The position numbers and the translations under genes were made by a program. A DNA stretch of 54,955 nt, the filler included, from Sphacelaria rigidula (taxonomy: Eukaryota), in NCBI GenBank assembly GCA_964200075.2. It is 6 parts of 6 records of this genome, joined end to end, with 100 filler letters (N's around TTAATTAATTAA, not from the genome) between each part and the next. Parts side by side here need not be neighbours in the genome. Positions count along the whole stretch, not along the records: positions 1 to 9,077 come from CAXNAA020009359.1; positions 9,178 to 18,254 come from CAXNAA020009360.1; 4 more parts are not named here. One strand, 5' to 3'. Numbering within the stretch: the first letter of the stretch is position 1; every line of letters begins with the position of its first letter. Positions 1-11,652 of this stretch are shown here, piece after piece. A model generated the notes under the pieces. That model made no database searches. It saw nothing but the letters and a program-made list of their open reading frames with translations, and was not told where the DNA came from.

Positions 1-149
1 ATGATCAAAGCCACTCTCAATCGTATTATCTACTCTCAATCTCACGAAAACACTGTTTAATTTGAAAATTGGAATTTGCAGACGAACGGGCCTGCAAACT
101 ATAAATTCGCTTCTAGGCTGCCCCAGCTCGAATAGGAATCACCAGACAT

Positions 150-316
150 GGGGGTTTTATTGAAGAAAAAATATTGGCCGAGAATCTTGAGCAGATGGGC
201 ACCTTCCCCTTGATCAGACCATTAAAATGATATGCGGGTCAAGACCCAACTCGTCCGTGTCGATAAGACATTGCCTTCAGCCTAAATCCGTTTCTAGGCT
301 GGTCCAGCTCGTATAT
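150..316. repeat. Dispersed repeat, probable DNA-transposon end (inverted copy at 54543-54710)
   Basis: Shared core agcagatgggcaccttcccttgat...aaatccgttt..taggct..ccagctcgta; terminus next to TA. Confidence 0.6.
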
Positions 317-475
317 ATCTGCATCTGAAAATTCAAGGACCTGGTTTATGAAAAAAACATCACCTGCAATACGCTGTACAGCCATTTCTTCGTGACTCTT
401 CCATCCGAGGGTGAACGAGGGGGGGCTATCGCAAAAAGCCTCGTAAATTCAAAGGTTTCGCGGTTAGGACAAATC

Positions 476-650
476 ATCACGACTCAAAATCACCAAATTC
501 ACGATTTCTTCGTCCTGACTGCCCAAAAGGGAGAAAAAAGTTGATCGCTGGTCCAAGGGGTACCCACGCAACTTTTGCGCCATTCCACGTGTACCTGGGT
601 TGCAACGCTGAAAGAAAGCCTAGGGATTGATTCGTCACGAGTCGACTCAT
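476..650 (+). repeat. Dispersed repeat family (copies at about 23380-23612 and 26190-26432)
   Basis: Shared block gttga[tc]cgctggtc...cacgcaact...cattccacgtg...gggttgcaacgctgaaa..aaagcctagggattgattcgt. Confidence 0.75.
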
Positions 651-2734
651 CATACTAAAACCAAGGTTTAGTGACACTACCAACCTCGGGTTTCCCTTAG
701 GAGCACGCACGTACGCTTTCCCCCGCCACAGACAAGCGCATGGCCATGCTACAAGCATGTTGCCCCTCATCAAGGCCGACTCGGCCTTCAGTCGTGCACC
801 GAAATTTTACCGGCCTTTTGAAGCGATGGGCCCTACAGAGGTCGGCCTTACAACGGGCCACTTATTACTCTTCGTGTCTCAATCGTGTTTCCTGGTGGGC
901 CCACGTCCCTTTGCATCGTACTTTGTACCTTGCCGGCTGCTGGGCTTTCACCTTCACCAGCGTTGCGGAGGTCGGGCGCTGTGAGATTCGTGTGTGCGGG
1001 TGTGTGGGGTCGTTTCCACCAAACATACGCCACGGGACACTGGCAATGACTTCAGTCTCAGGGGGCGCACGATGTTCCCTTACTGGATATACACACTCAA
1101 GTATCAACCTCCGAAACAGTTAAAGTGTCTCAAGATACTATAGATTTTTTTGCAATGTATTCGAGAAGAAACGTGATGAACATCCAAATGTCGGAGGTGT
1201 CTCCTGGGAGTAGGAAAGGTGCTCCGTCTGTAAAAGGAATGCGTGCCCAATGGTCAAGTGATCAAGGAAAGGAACAAATGATAAAGCCCACCTCCCTTCC
1301 CCCCTACAAGTACAGATAGTAACTTTGGGGGAGGGAGATTGGGATGTCTCTTCTGGAATCCACTAGCCCCTTGGATCAGTTGATATTCAAGGGAAGAAAA
1401 CATCGAGGTTGTGAAGTAACGTTATGCGTTATGCGGACCAGCCGAAAACAACTAGTGACTTCACACAGCAAACAGTTACGGGTTTGTAATCAAAACTATA
1501 ATATCACCACGGGCTACGTATGCCCACTGCGTACGATGTTCTCGAGCATGTCTCAAGTTTGAAGGGTTGTGTAGCACGTACGCCCCCCCGCAGCTTCCAG
1601 TCGAGCTCTTCCCAGGCGGCGAAAAAAGCAACACGCACTATACCAAGGCCCACAGAGTAAACAATACCTCTTATAATTACCCAGGAGCTGCAGCGTCGCA
1701 GACTACAGCAAGACGTCGAACGACAGCTAACAGATTGCAGACCAAACACGGTTCCGCTGATACACTCGGTCTGTATGGCGTCACATACTTGAAATCATTC
1801 TCAGAGTACTGGATAGCTGTGTTTGCTCGTCAGTGGACCCGATGACAGTGTAATCACTCGAAAGTCCGAGCAAAAGGTACGACGAATGATGAAACAGAAA
1901 TGACCAACTACAGAGAGTGCGGATCAGGCGACATCCGTGGGGGGCGCAGGTTTTCATCCCCGCACACTACAACGCCGCCAAAAACCAACAAATGTCAAAC
2001 GAGCGAAAAAGTGAACCAGCCACGTTGACTACATCATATGCACACCATTTGCATACATGCCGCACACCTGATACTACCAGCGTCAGTATCTGCCGACATC
2101 AGCATCACCCACGCAACGACGGAAACAAACACGAAAAAAAAGGCAATAAGAGGGCAATCTAATACGAAACAAGACACCAATCTTCACCCACGGACGGGTA
2201 CATGACGAAGGTGTTATCCCAAACCACGTATCACAGCCCGGACACGCGGAAAAGATACCGCGACGCCATTCGACAAGGACGTGAAATACTTCTCTCCCCC
2301 CCCCTTCCCCCCTCTCTCCCTTCCCAATCCCCCATTATGCCGCCTTCATCACTTTTTTTGGATCGAGTCATTTTTTTCGATAATGTTGATTCAACCCCCC
2401 AGTACTACCTACCCTTCTTACACGTCCTTCCCAAGCAAATGGTGCTAGCAAATACGACCGACCACGTGCCGTACGTCATTTACAGTGCTTGGGGCTTGCA
2501 CGCATGCATTCTTCACCTTTATCTGTCCCTCTCCCTGCTGTGGACATCCAGTGGGTCAATCTACGGCGATGGGATAGAAACAGCGAGAGGAAGGGTATCG
2601 CTTACAAACAGCACAAGTGACGGCAATTTTTTCCCATTGTTGCCAGTTGATGCCGTTTTCCTAAGGGTGATTGTGGTATTTTTGTTTTTATTTTTTTCTG
2701 TTTTCGAGCCAATAAGAGCTCGTCCTCCCTTCAC

Positions 2735-2836
2735 CTAATTCCCCGAGAATGCCTTCGCCGCGAAGCTTTCTTCGGGGTAATAGGTGGCGTCCACGGACTT
2801 CCCGTCGAAAGTCCTCGCACCGAACCCCTTCTTGGC
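2735..2836 (-). CDS. U2AF2: U2AF65-like terminal coding exon
   Basis: 102 nt; cag|GCC; AKKGFGARTFDGKSVDATYYPEESFAAKAFSGN*, containing the UHM RxF motif. Confidence 0.88.
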   Translation of the reverse strand, partial: AKKGFGARTFDGKSVDATYYPEESFAAKAFSGN

Positions 2837-5800
2837 CTGTGCATAGGGCGTCAATCGAACATAAAATACTGCAGCGTTAGTGCCTGGGAGCATCTGCATC
2901 AACATTATCTCATGCCGCAACTATGAAAATCATACTCATGTGACACGTATTTCGGACACAAAAAGTTGTACCTTTTTCGTCGCTGTGGGTGGACGGCGCG
3001 CGCAAACCGGGATTGGCGATATGACCAACCGTACTCGACCCGCGGTCGGTCCGAATAGATACAAGACAACTTGATAGCTGAACGCTTGACGCGTTTTCCC
3101 TTGTTCGGTAACATCGCTTCAACCCTCACTTCCAACGAACGAGTCATGCCACGGTAGGGGTTGCACACACGGGCATTCAGGAGCTCCCAAGGTCAGGAGC
3201 TACACAAGAATACGTGTCAGGACATTCCCATTTTCACTGTCATTCGGGATATCCCTGGCACATTTGGAATGCTAATCGTGGCGTGCTCTCACACATAATT
3301 CAAAATAAGTTGATTTCGGGGAGAGATAAAAGGGCTCATCATATTTCGAACCACACAAAATATTGATACACCCCTACCGTATCACTACTCAGACATACCA
3401 ACACAACACGTTGTCAGCGGTTGAAATTACATCGTTGATAATGCAACCTCGCTGCCACACAAACACAGTGATCTACGTCAATCTTCATTCTTTCAGTTCT
3501 CCGCTTTCCTCCGTTTTTTTTCAATACGCGGTGTCGTTTTACCTTGGCCGCATCCTCCATCGTGCTGTACTTGACGAAAACAAAGCCCACTCCGGCAGCC
3601 GGCCCCCCCACGTGCGGGATCTCGATGGCCGCAACCGCTCCGTACTTGGAGCACTCCTCCGTCATGTCCTCAACGACCTTTTGCAGCAGGCGAAAGTGAA
3701 GGGTTCAGGCATGCAGAAAGTTGGTCGTGTCCACTTCATTCGGTCTTGTAAAAAAAATAGGGGGCCAGGAGGAGTATCGTGACCGTGTCGGTCAACCGGC
3801 AGTAACAAAAGTGTAAGTTGCTGGATGATGCAGACATGGGAAATTGACAAGAGTGTGACGAATCAAAAATAATGCTCATTATACACGAGGTTTTCATTCA
3901 ATCTTCGTGGTTAAAAATATCAAGGCTGAACTCGCCAAAAATCATGCATGCCTCGATATTCAGCACCAAATTACAGCTGTTTGCCGAGAGGGGGCAACTC
4001 ATCTGTTGCTTGCCTTCGTAGTTTGACTTTTGACCACGCATCTCTTTCGAGACGGAGTGCCGTTCCTACTCGTAGTAGACCTATCCAACAGTTGGGCGCT
4101 CATTACGTTTTTTCTATGCATTACCAAAAACCTGTTACATGTTCTATCCCGTTCATATTTCGGCGTCTGTAGCCATCGTTAATCTCTTCAGCGATCGCTT
4201 TCTCGCTACTATTCGATGTACCAAACGATTCCGTGCCACTTCCACTTACTTCCCACACTTCCCCCTCTGACATGTCCCGTTTTGTGTTTAGTCCATTGGG
4301 CCGTGCGAATATATTGTAATTCTTATCCCCTCACTCAACCCTCCGTGTATCTTGAGGTGCCCTTCCTCATCCACTTCCCGTCTCAGCGCTTTTTTTCCCC
4401 TCTTTTTTCTCATGCCTGTTACTTTCGCCTCGTACCCTCCACATTCTCCCATGTAAATCATCTGCGATCAATCCGGACACCGTCTTGACTCCTTGCTTTC
4501 CTGTATTTACCGATCCTGACAGATCATGAATAATACCTCGGATGAAGTGGGTTATCATGCACATCCTTGTAAACTCCTCGTAACATATCAAAATATTTCG
4601 ATATTTCCCATTTTGCACCATCGGACTTCTCTCACATTCAGTCATCTTCCCCATTCTGCACATCGCCCCTTTGATACCAGCTCCCGCTACCTCTTTCCAC
4701 AGGACATTTCTCTGAACTGCGTTATGAGCATTTTGCACGTCTGGAAGCGGTAAGTTGTTAGCCCCGCGTCTTCCCTACATGAAATGATCTCACCATGTGC
4801 ACGTGTACACATGGTCTACGCAGCTGCAATTTTGTCTGAACCCTACCTGCCCCTCCCTAATTATTCCTCCTCCAGCATCCTTCCCCTTCTACCCTTCAGA
4901 ATATTTTAGAATGCCTTCCCTACGGTACGTAGTGTCATCCCTCCATGATTCCCTCAGCTACCTTTGTCTCCTTTCTTGAAAACATCCACTACTACTCCTG
5001 TCCACCTCTTGGTGTATACTAGTTTTCCCAGATCTTCTCATACAACATACCATCATGGTAATCATGCCTTCTCTCCCGTACTTCATGAACTCATTCGCTG
5101 TCGTATGCCCCGGCTGCTTTTCAATTGTTGGGTTTAGCTACACCCTCTTTCACCTCTTGTGAACTCTCTTATGCATTTCTTTGGGGCCATTATCTTCCCG
5201 TACACGGACCACAGCATTCGCGTACGGACCACAGTATTACTCCACGTACATTTGCATGGGCATTTCTCTTCACTCTTGAAGCCTATTTCACGTCCTCATT
5301 CCACCATTTTACAGCCCTGGTGCATACGATTAGATTCTTCCCCATGACCCTTGCTGCGGTCCTGACCAATTGCTGCCGTCCTCCCATAATCTTCGCCCGA
5401 TCCCTTCCTATTTCGGTACTAGCTGTACCTACGCTTCCCAACAACTCGAAAAATTCATCTCCAATTTTGTTCATCCTTCCTTGCAACACTTGCTGTTTTT
5501 CTCCTCCATTCCTCAATCATCTCTACTGGGGACCCTTAGAGAGCAACAGTCACACCAGCCAACAAGTTTTCAACCAACACAAGAAAAACACAGTCACGCG
5601 AACTCTCTTACAACACCACAACCCACCTCCTTCTGGGCATCGTCATCTGTTAGCTCCTCGGGAGTGACGACGTTTCCTATCCGTACCACGGTCGAGGTCG
5701 GGGGCGCCTCTTGCGAGTCTCCGCCGCCCATGAGGCCGAAGCTGCATTCTGCCAGGACGTCGAACCACGTCTTGTGGGGAGTTACAGGTCCCTCGTACTG

Positions 5801-8800
5801 TCAACACCGACACAAGCGCGTGAACGAAAACGGAAGAGGCACGTGAACGTGAAAAAATCGTCCGTTGCGACGGGGATTTGTACAGACTGTAGTATCGACA
5901 TTGCTCCGTACCTTACAGGATCTACTCTATATGGCGTTGAGCAACGAGAAAACATCTGGCCGGCCTGTTGAGTTGATGAGCAGTCGCCCGTTGATGATCA
6001 GCAACATGTGTGGATCACGTCCCAACTCATCTGCTTTGGTAACACACGTGAATGTGACAGTTTAAATCCGTTTTCAGGCTGGACCGGGTCATAAGTCATC
6101 GGCCGACCTGGGCAAGGTACGAGTGCATGGAGTGAGCTCGGATCCTTGCCGTGGCGGATCTTTTTCAGTGTACCGCTTTTCCGTCTAGAAAGCATTAGAA
6201 CAAGAGAGAGCAAAACGGCATCCGATGGATGAGTTATGCCACGGTAGGGTTGCAAAAAATATTCCTCAGGTTTGAGTCGTTAGGAGCCCTTAATCTCATC
6301 CGAAGCACGACTCATGTAAATATGTGAGAGCACGCTACAATCGTATTCCATTGGGCCTAGGATAGCTTGATTGGAGTTCTCGTGCAGCTCCTGACGTTGG
6401 GAGCCCCTCTATAAGAAAGATTTGCAACCCCTACCATGGCACGAGTCGAATGTGGACGGGCTCCTCAAGTGCTCAGGAGGTGCTCATCAAGTGCTCGGAA
6501 AAAAAATGCAAGTAAGGCACCGGGCGGTGTGAAGATGCGTAGATCCCTTGATGCTACGGACTAATACCGAGGGGGGGTGGCCATCCCCTCGCCTCAGGTG
6601 CAGTATAGATACTACACTCCAAAACAGTTTCGTATTATCGCCAAACGTAGTCACGCCGTAGAATGTGTACAAAACGAGTTTCAGGGAAGAAAAATCAACA
6701 AATTTATACGGAGTATATATATATGTATATATATATATATATATATATTTCCGTTCATCAAATACAACTCGAGTGAAGCTACTTCAGATTGCTTAGTCGC
6801 GAGTCCGTTTTGAACGGTTGATATCTCGAGGCTTGTAGATGAAGCTAGTGCTGGGCCCGGCACCACTGTTCGATTTTGAAGCTTCTTGATACTCAAACCT
6901 TCGCTGCAGACTTTCGGCCAATTATCGGTGACTCATTCAAATCCAGACTAATCTCTGCTGCTGCTTCTTCCCTCCTCCACTATTTTGCAGGTGAAAAAAA
7001 CGTGAAAATTGTGCGCGCTATACAGCCGAAGATATTGCCGCCGTGCTGTAAAAAAAAAAATGGATGCAAAACTGCCCGCTGCTTGATCATCCGGAGTGTC
7101 GATATGCACCCTACATGGGAGAGGGAGAACGCTGCAACTACCGTGTTCATGCACCGCTACTACTACAGAATAATGCATCGGTTGATCTTCACAGTTTTTT
7201 CTTGCTCTAGTGGCCTTCTCTGCACTACTGTACTATTGTTCGAGTAAAAAAAGTAGAGTCACATTCGTTTTAAAACATTGTCATGTACACATGTTGACGT
7301 CTCACAACAGACTTTTTGTATGACTTCATCCTCCTCCTCCCCCGCGAGATAGACATTTGAATCATCATCCTGCTGTCCTAGAAGGGGGGGAGAGGGATGA
7401 GGGCAAAAATGCTTGACGAAAAACGGCAACAAATCGTGCGTATCACCTGATCGCAGTGTCCTACATAACATTATTTGCAACCCCTGTGATAGGATCTTCT
7501 TGTGGTTAGCCATTCTAGCAGCAGGCGGCGAGGACTTCCCAACCATTGCCAACTCTCTTTATCCAAAAAGGTTTCGTTTTTCTCTGCACGGGCGGGGGGC
7601 GTCCCCACCTGCGCATGGTGCTGTTGGGGCAGAATTTGCAAGCTGCAATGACGCTATTTTCATCGGCAACGTGTTAGATTGAATTCTCACCATTCTTTTC
7701 TGATCCAATCAGGCGATCATTTACGGGATTTGCAATATTCCGTTACATTTTCTACTTCCGGGGCATTCAATACAGTTTCTCGTCCAAAAAACGGATGTAT
7801 CTCAAGTGCGTGCCTTGGGACACTGGGCATCCCCCTCCGACCACGAGCCTACCGTCCTCTTTCACTTCGCTTAGCTCTGAGGTTTGAAAACGGCGGACGA
7901 ACAACATTCAAATGAGCGATGAAAAAATCGAGTGTCTGAAGTGATGCGTACAGAAAATCTCCATTTGTCTTCTCACATTCCTTTCATTCTTCAGTTTGAT
8001 TTTTGTCTCCAAATGCCGTTCTCTAAACTTGAGCCAAACAAATCGGACAGGATGCACCATATACACATTCAGCGGGTAAATATTGTTCAAATACTGGATG
8101 GTGACCCGCAATCAAAATCTATTCAAAAGAGGAGAGAGTAATACGGAAGGACAGGACAGGATAGGACCGACTCGACTGTTGACACGCCACGACAAACACA
8201 GACAGCTCCTCGAGACAAGAGGCCCGAAGAAAATAGACATAACACCAGGAAATTGACGGGCCCCGAACGTTTCCAGATATGAAAAAATTTCATAACCAGC
8301 TAAGTTCGATCGAGGGGAGAACATAACTGTCTTCGAACTTCAGCACCCGATAAAAACCATACGTTCCGATGGAGGGGGGAGGTGGGGGTACTTTTCCACA
8401 AGTATACATACAAATACACGACATGATATCACTCATTTTGTGTCAAGTGACCCCAGAAGTTCATTCTTATTGTCAAAATTTGTGCAAGGTGTGCATGAAA
8501 CCGCTCCGGTTCTCACAACTCTCATACCTCCCCCTTGATCCATTAGACGGGGTGTCAAGGGGGTGATATTATATGTACCGCGGGTACTGTGTAGGGACTG
8601 GTGTGGTTCCAAAAAGAACCAAAAGTTCATCAACCGGTACCCGGGGGGTCCTATCCAGAGCGCAGGAACATCGGGGATATTACCAGGTGTGGGGATATTA
8701 TACCTCGCATTTCATGTTCTACTCGTGTTGGAGGTTCCCGGTTCATGAGCCCCCCCGCCCCCAGCACACGCACCTTCTTCGGTCGTCCAACGCTGAGGGA

Positions 8801-8959
8801 GGCGCCTGCGAACGGAATGCCGTCCAAGTTGAGCGCCGAAGTAGCATCCTCGGGCGAGCGCATCTCCAGGAACGCGAAGCGAGCATTCATGCGGATGGAC
8901 ACGATAGGGTTGGGCGCCTTACACAGGCCCACCTGTACCAAGGCACCTCCTAGGTATTC
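2735..8959 (-). CDS. U2AF2: U2AF large subunit (U2AF65)-like splicing factor, 3' part (4 exons, 5' end lost at contig end)
   Basis: Exons 8959-8774, 5797-5627, 3677-3543 and 2836-2735 are all phase 0 and GT-AG, with stop TAG at 2735-2737. Translation: EYLGGALVQVGLCKAPNPIVSIRMNARFAFLEMRSPEDATSALNLDGIPFAGASLSVGRPKK/YEGPVTPHKTW...TVVRIGNVVTPEELTDDDAQKE/VVEDMTEECSKYGAVAAIEIP...GFVFVKYSTMEDAAK/AKKGFGARTFDGKSVDATYYPEE. This is an RRM1-like domain plus a C-terminal UHM with acidic helix, EECSKYG and RxF motif. Confidence 0.88.
3141..3390. mobile_element. MITE, same family as 6231-6447 in opposite orientation
   Basis: Terminus gagtcatgccacggtaggggttgca and degenerate cccctaccgt right end; the internal part matches the reverse complement of about 6320-6410. 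Confidence 0.6.
3543..3677 (-). CDS. U2AF2: U2AF65-like exon (UHM core)
   Basis: 135 nt; aag|GTC ... AAG|gtaaaa; VVEDMTEECSKYGAVAAIEIPHVGGPAAGVGFVFVKYSTMEDAAK. Confidence 0.9.
3990..4058. repeat. About 70-bp dispersed element (copies at 9007-9076, 31900-31980; partial inverted copy 35716-35764)
   Basis: Consensus ggggcgtac..atttgttgctcgcctt.gt.a.ttgaccattgaccacgcatc..tttcgagacggagca. Confidence 0.75.
4150..5530 (-). mobile_element. Degenerate non-LTR retrotransposon (LINE) ORF2/RT relic in a U2AF intron
   Basis: Frameshifted translation contains VKWWNEDVK, KAAG.D..ANEFMKYG.EGMITMM, FKKGDK...GN..G.TL.TVGKAF and Q.GFR....CVDH, typical of the start of a LINE RT domain. Many stops; boundaries approximate. 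Confidence 0.8.
5627..5797 (-). CDS. U2AF2: U2AF65-like exon (linker and UHM start)
   Basis: 171 nt; cag|TAC ... GAG|gtgggt; YEGPVTPHKTWFDVLAECSFGLMGGGDSQEAPPTSTVVRIGNVVTPEELTDDDAQKE. Confidence 0.85.
6231..6447. mobile_element. MITE with about 26-bp TIRs in a U2AF intron
   Basis: gagttatgccacggtagggttgcaaa ... tttgcaacccctaccatggcacgagtc. Confidence 0.7.
6714..6748. repeat. (TA)n microsatellite
   Basis: Seen directly; one interruption. Confidence 0.9.
8774..8959 (-). CDS. U2AF2: U2AF65-like exon (RRM, RNP1 FAFLEMR)
   Basis: 186 nt; cag|GAA ... AAG|gtgcgt; resembles U2AF65 RRM1 (FAFLEFRS...DGI.F.G..L...RP..Y). Confidence 0.88.
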
Positions 8960-9077
8960 CTGCCGAGTCCGTCACGTTCGCATCGTACCGGAGGGGGGGG
9001 GAGGGAGGGGGTACGCATTTGCTGCTCGCCTTGGTCACTTGACCATTGACCACGCATCCATTCCGAGACGAAGCATC

Positions 9078-9177
9078 NNNNNNNNNNNNNNNNNNNNNNN
9101 NNNNNNNNNNNNNNNNNNNNNTTAATTAATTAANNNNNNNNNNNNNNNNNNNNNNNNNNNNNNNNNNNNNNNNNNNN
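9078..9177. other. Artificial contig spacer (N44-TTAATTAATTAA-N44)
   Basis: Identical 100-nt spacers also lie at 18255-18354, 27431-27530, 36606-36705 and 45781-45880. The 12-mer puts stop codons in all six frames. Confidence 0.98.
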
Positions 9178-9393
9178 CATTTCTCCAAACAAAGAGGGTA
9201 CCCAGGTTTGTCGCTAATGCACCATGGTATACCCTACTGTGACGTTTGCCCGACTTATTTTATAACCTGTTGATTGTCCATACCAAATTTCAGGGTCGAA
9301 CTCCAAGTAAAATAATTGCAATTTTCACTTTGAAACCCGAACCGGTGGAAATTCGGAAATATATATCGCAGGTTGTTTGCGGGCCCATGTTTG

Positions 9394-11652
9394 TAGGCTC
9401 TAGTTCCGTATGCGCGCATAAAGTTTAGCCTAATGTCGTTTTTTAGCTTCAACAGGCCTGTTTAGCGCATTGCTTATAATCGGCTTAATATGCTCCAAAC
9501 GAGCTTAACTTGCCTAAAACGCGCATAAAGTTGCGATATTAGAGAGTTTCGGAAGATGTTTTTTTTCATAGAGTCCGAGTGCAGGATGGAAGCCTCGAAA
9601 CTTCATAGTGGACGTTAAAAAGTTCATAGCGGAAGCTGATGTAACGTGGCTTGACGTGTTTTTTTTGTCGCAGTGATTATCAGCAGGTTGTCCCCCCCCC
9701 CCAAAATGTACGATCGACCAGCGTCTACTTCGAAAGTGCATAGGCCGGCACAACGCACCGTACACTACGCTTTTTCACTGCACCTGCAGTACTTCAATCC
9801 ACTACGGCGCACTACAGGACACTGTATTGCTGTAGTGTTATAGTTCTGTGCAACGTGGAGTTCAGTACAGTACAGAGAGTGCAATACAGAACCCTACAGC
9901 AGTGCATTGCGATGCTGTGAACTATTATACTGTACTGTACAGCGATACGGTACAGAGAGTCAGTTGTACAAACAAAAGTACAGACAGTGCGGGACGCAGC
10001 ACTTTCAAACAGCATACCTCGGCCGCATTGCGATTATTTTTCCACATGCCACCCGTAACGGTGGTGCAAGACGTGATGATACCTCACGGGATGGAAATAC
10101 AGCCAGGTGTAGTAGCCGAACCTGGCAAGAGTGAGGAACTGCACCCAACGCAACGTCTACCCGTCGAGCATTTGAATTTTCACGCAACACAACCAAGCGG
10201 ATTGCTGTGATACCATGGCGGCGTGAGGGAGGTCTTCTGATTGCGATGCCGAGCTTTTCTACTTCGTGAATGGCCCATTGTGACGAGTATGGCAGTTTTG
10301 ACGGATGATAAATGTTCCATTTTGCTTGTTAGGGTGTACAGACTTGAGACTGGACGTGACCATGGTGGTGCAGGTGGGCATGGTTTTCTCTCATTCCGCT
10401 GTGAACTCTGAGGAGGAACAACGGTTCCCAGAGTGAAATGGTGCAAACGGGACTCTCACTCTGAAAAAACCGCTCTGAAGAAAAATTCATAGCGGAAAGT
10501 GCACCGTTACCGGTTATTTTTCCTTCTACTCTGACTTGAAAATTTGAAAAAACGTTTTCCGGAACTCTCTTTTGTTTTGCTCGCAAATGCTCTATGTGGC
10601 GTAACTCGTCATCAGACAGGCCGACAGGGGTCAGGCTTTAGGCTCCAACACTCAATACTTCAAATTTCCAGGGTCATGTTCCTGTTTCCTATTTTGTTGC
10701 GGGCCTGATGAGCAGACTGCTCCAGTCCATATTCAATACACATTGTACTATGTTGCTTTCAAAAATATGACAAGATACTAAATAAATGACGCACTTGTAC
10801 TTTGTACAGCAGACAGCAGTACAGTAGTAACAGCAGCACCAACAGAGAGAAGTGATAACGAGTGATAGTAGTGTTTGTAATTCACCTGACGGGCCTACTG
10901 TCCGATAAGGACGACGTTTTGGTCGCGGCCTCCGGCGCGCACTCGGAGTACGGTTTGCTGTCGTTTTGAGATGGCAACAAGAACAGGTTTTCCAGTTGTT
11001 ATCTCGTGGCGATGGATATTGTACTTATCCAGCCATCGTCCGCGTCTATGGAGCGAGTGTTTTCGATTTTGGGGTGGTGCTTGAACTCCCGGCAGTAAAA
11101 GGGGTTAAGTGATCGGATCGAAGCCGCAGTTATGATGAAGTACAATCGGTACCGGTAGTTCCACAATATTTTCAATTAGGACTGGCGGTAGATAATGCGG
11201 GGGTGTGTGTGCAGTGTAGGTTGTAGGTTGTAGGTTGCCGGGCGAGAGGCTGAAGGCTGCAATGCCCTGTGTCTAGAGGCTACCATGCCGTACTGCTGTG
11301 TCAAGTATCGCAAGTGTAGCGGCGTTTGTTGTTTCCGTAAGTGGGTTAGGGTGTAGGTGTGCAGGCTGTGGTCTCGAAACTCAATTACTGAAAAAAGGCT
11401 TCATTTTTTAATTATAATCAATAAAGCTTCGAATGCCCAACTTGTCTTGTCCTCATGCTATTGTAGAAGGCGCGCCTCGTGAGGGGATACTGCCACAACG
11501 CCACGACAAGGACGGGAATAAGGAGCATAAAGCGCGCCTAATTTGCGCTAAAAATGCTCAAAAATGGGGCTTGAAAACAAAAACGAAAGCTTATAAAAGA
11601 ATGATTGGAGCTTCATTCCAAGAAAAAAGCGCGCATACGGACGTAGAGCCTA
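9394..11652 (+). mobile_element. hAT DNA transposon, internally deleted
   Basis: 24-bp TIRs taggctctagttccgtatgcgcgc (9394-9417) and gcgcgcatacggacgtagagccta (11629-11652), 22/24 match. 8-bp TSD catgtttg / cgtgtttg. Transposase C-terminal relic inside. Confidence 0.88.
10883..11158 (+). pseudogene. hAT transposase C-terminal dimerisation-domain relic
   Basis: LLSF*DGNKNRFSSCYLVAMDIVLIQPSSASMERVFSILGWCLNSRQ*KGLSDRIEAAVMMKYN; SSAxxERxFS motif; two in-frame stops. Confidence 0.82.

Noticed and set aside
9122..9133. TTAATTAATTAA recurring every 9.18 kb
   Set aside because: Synthetic six-frame-stop linker inside N spacers.
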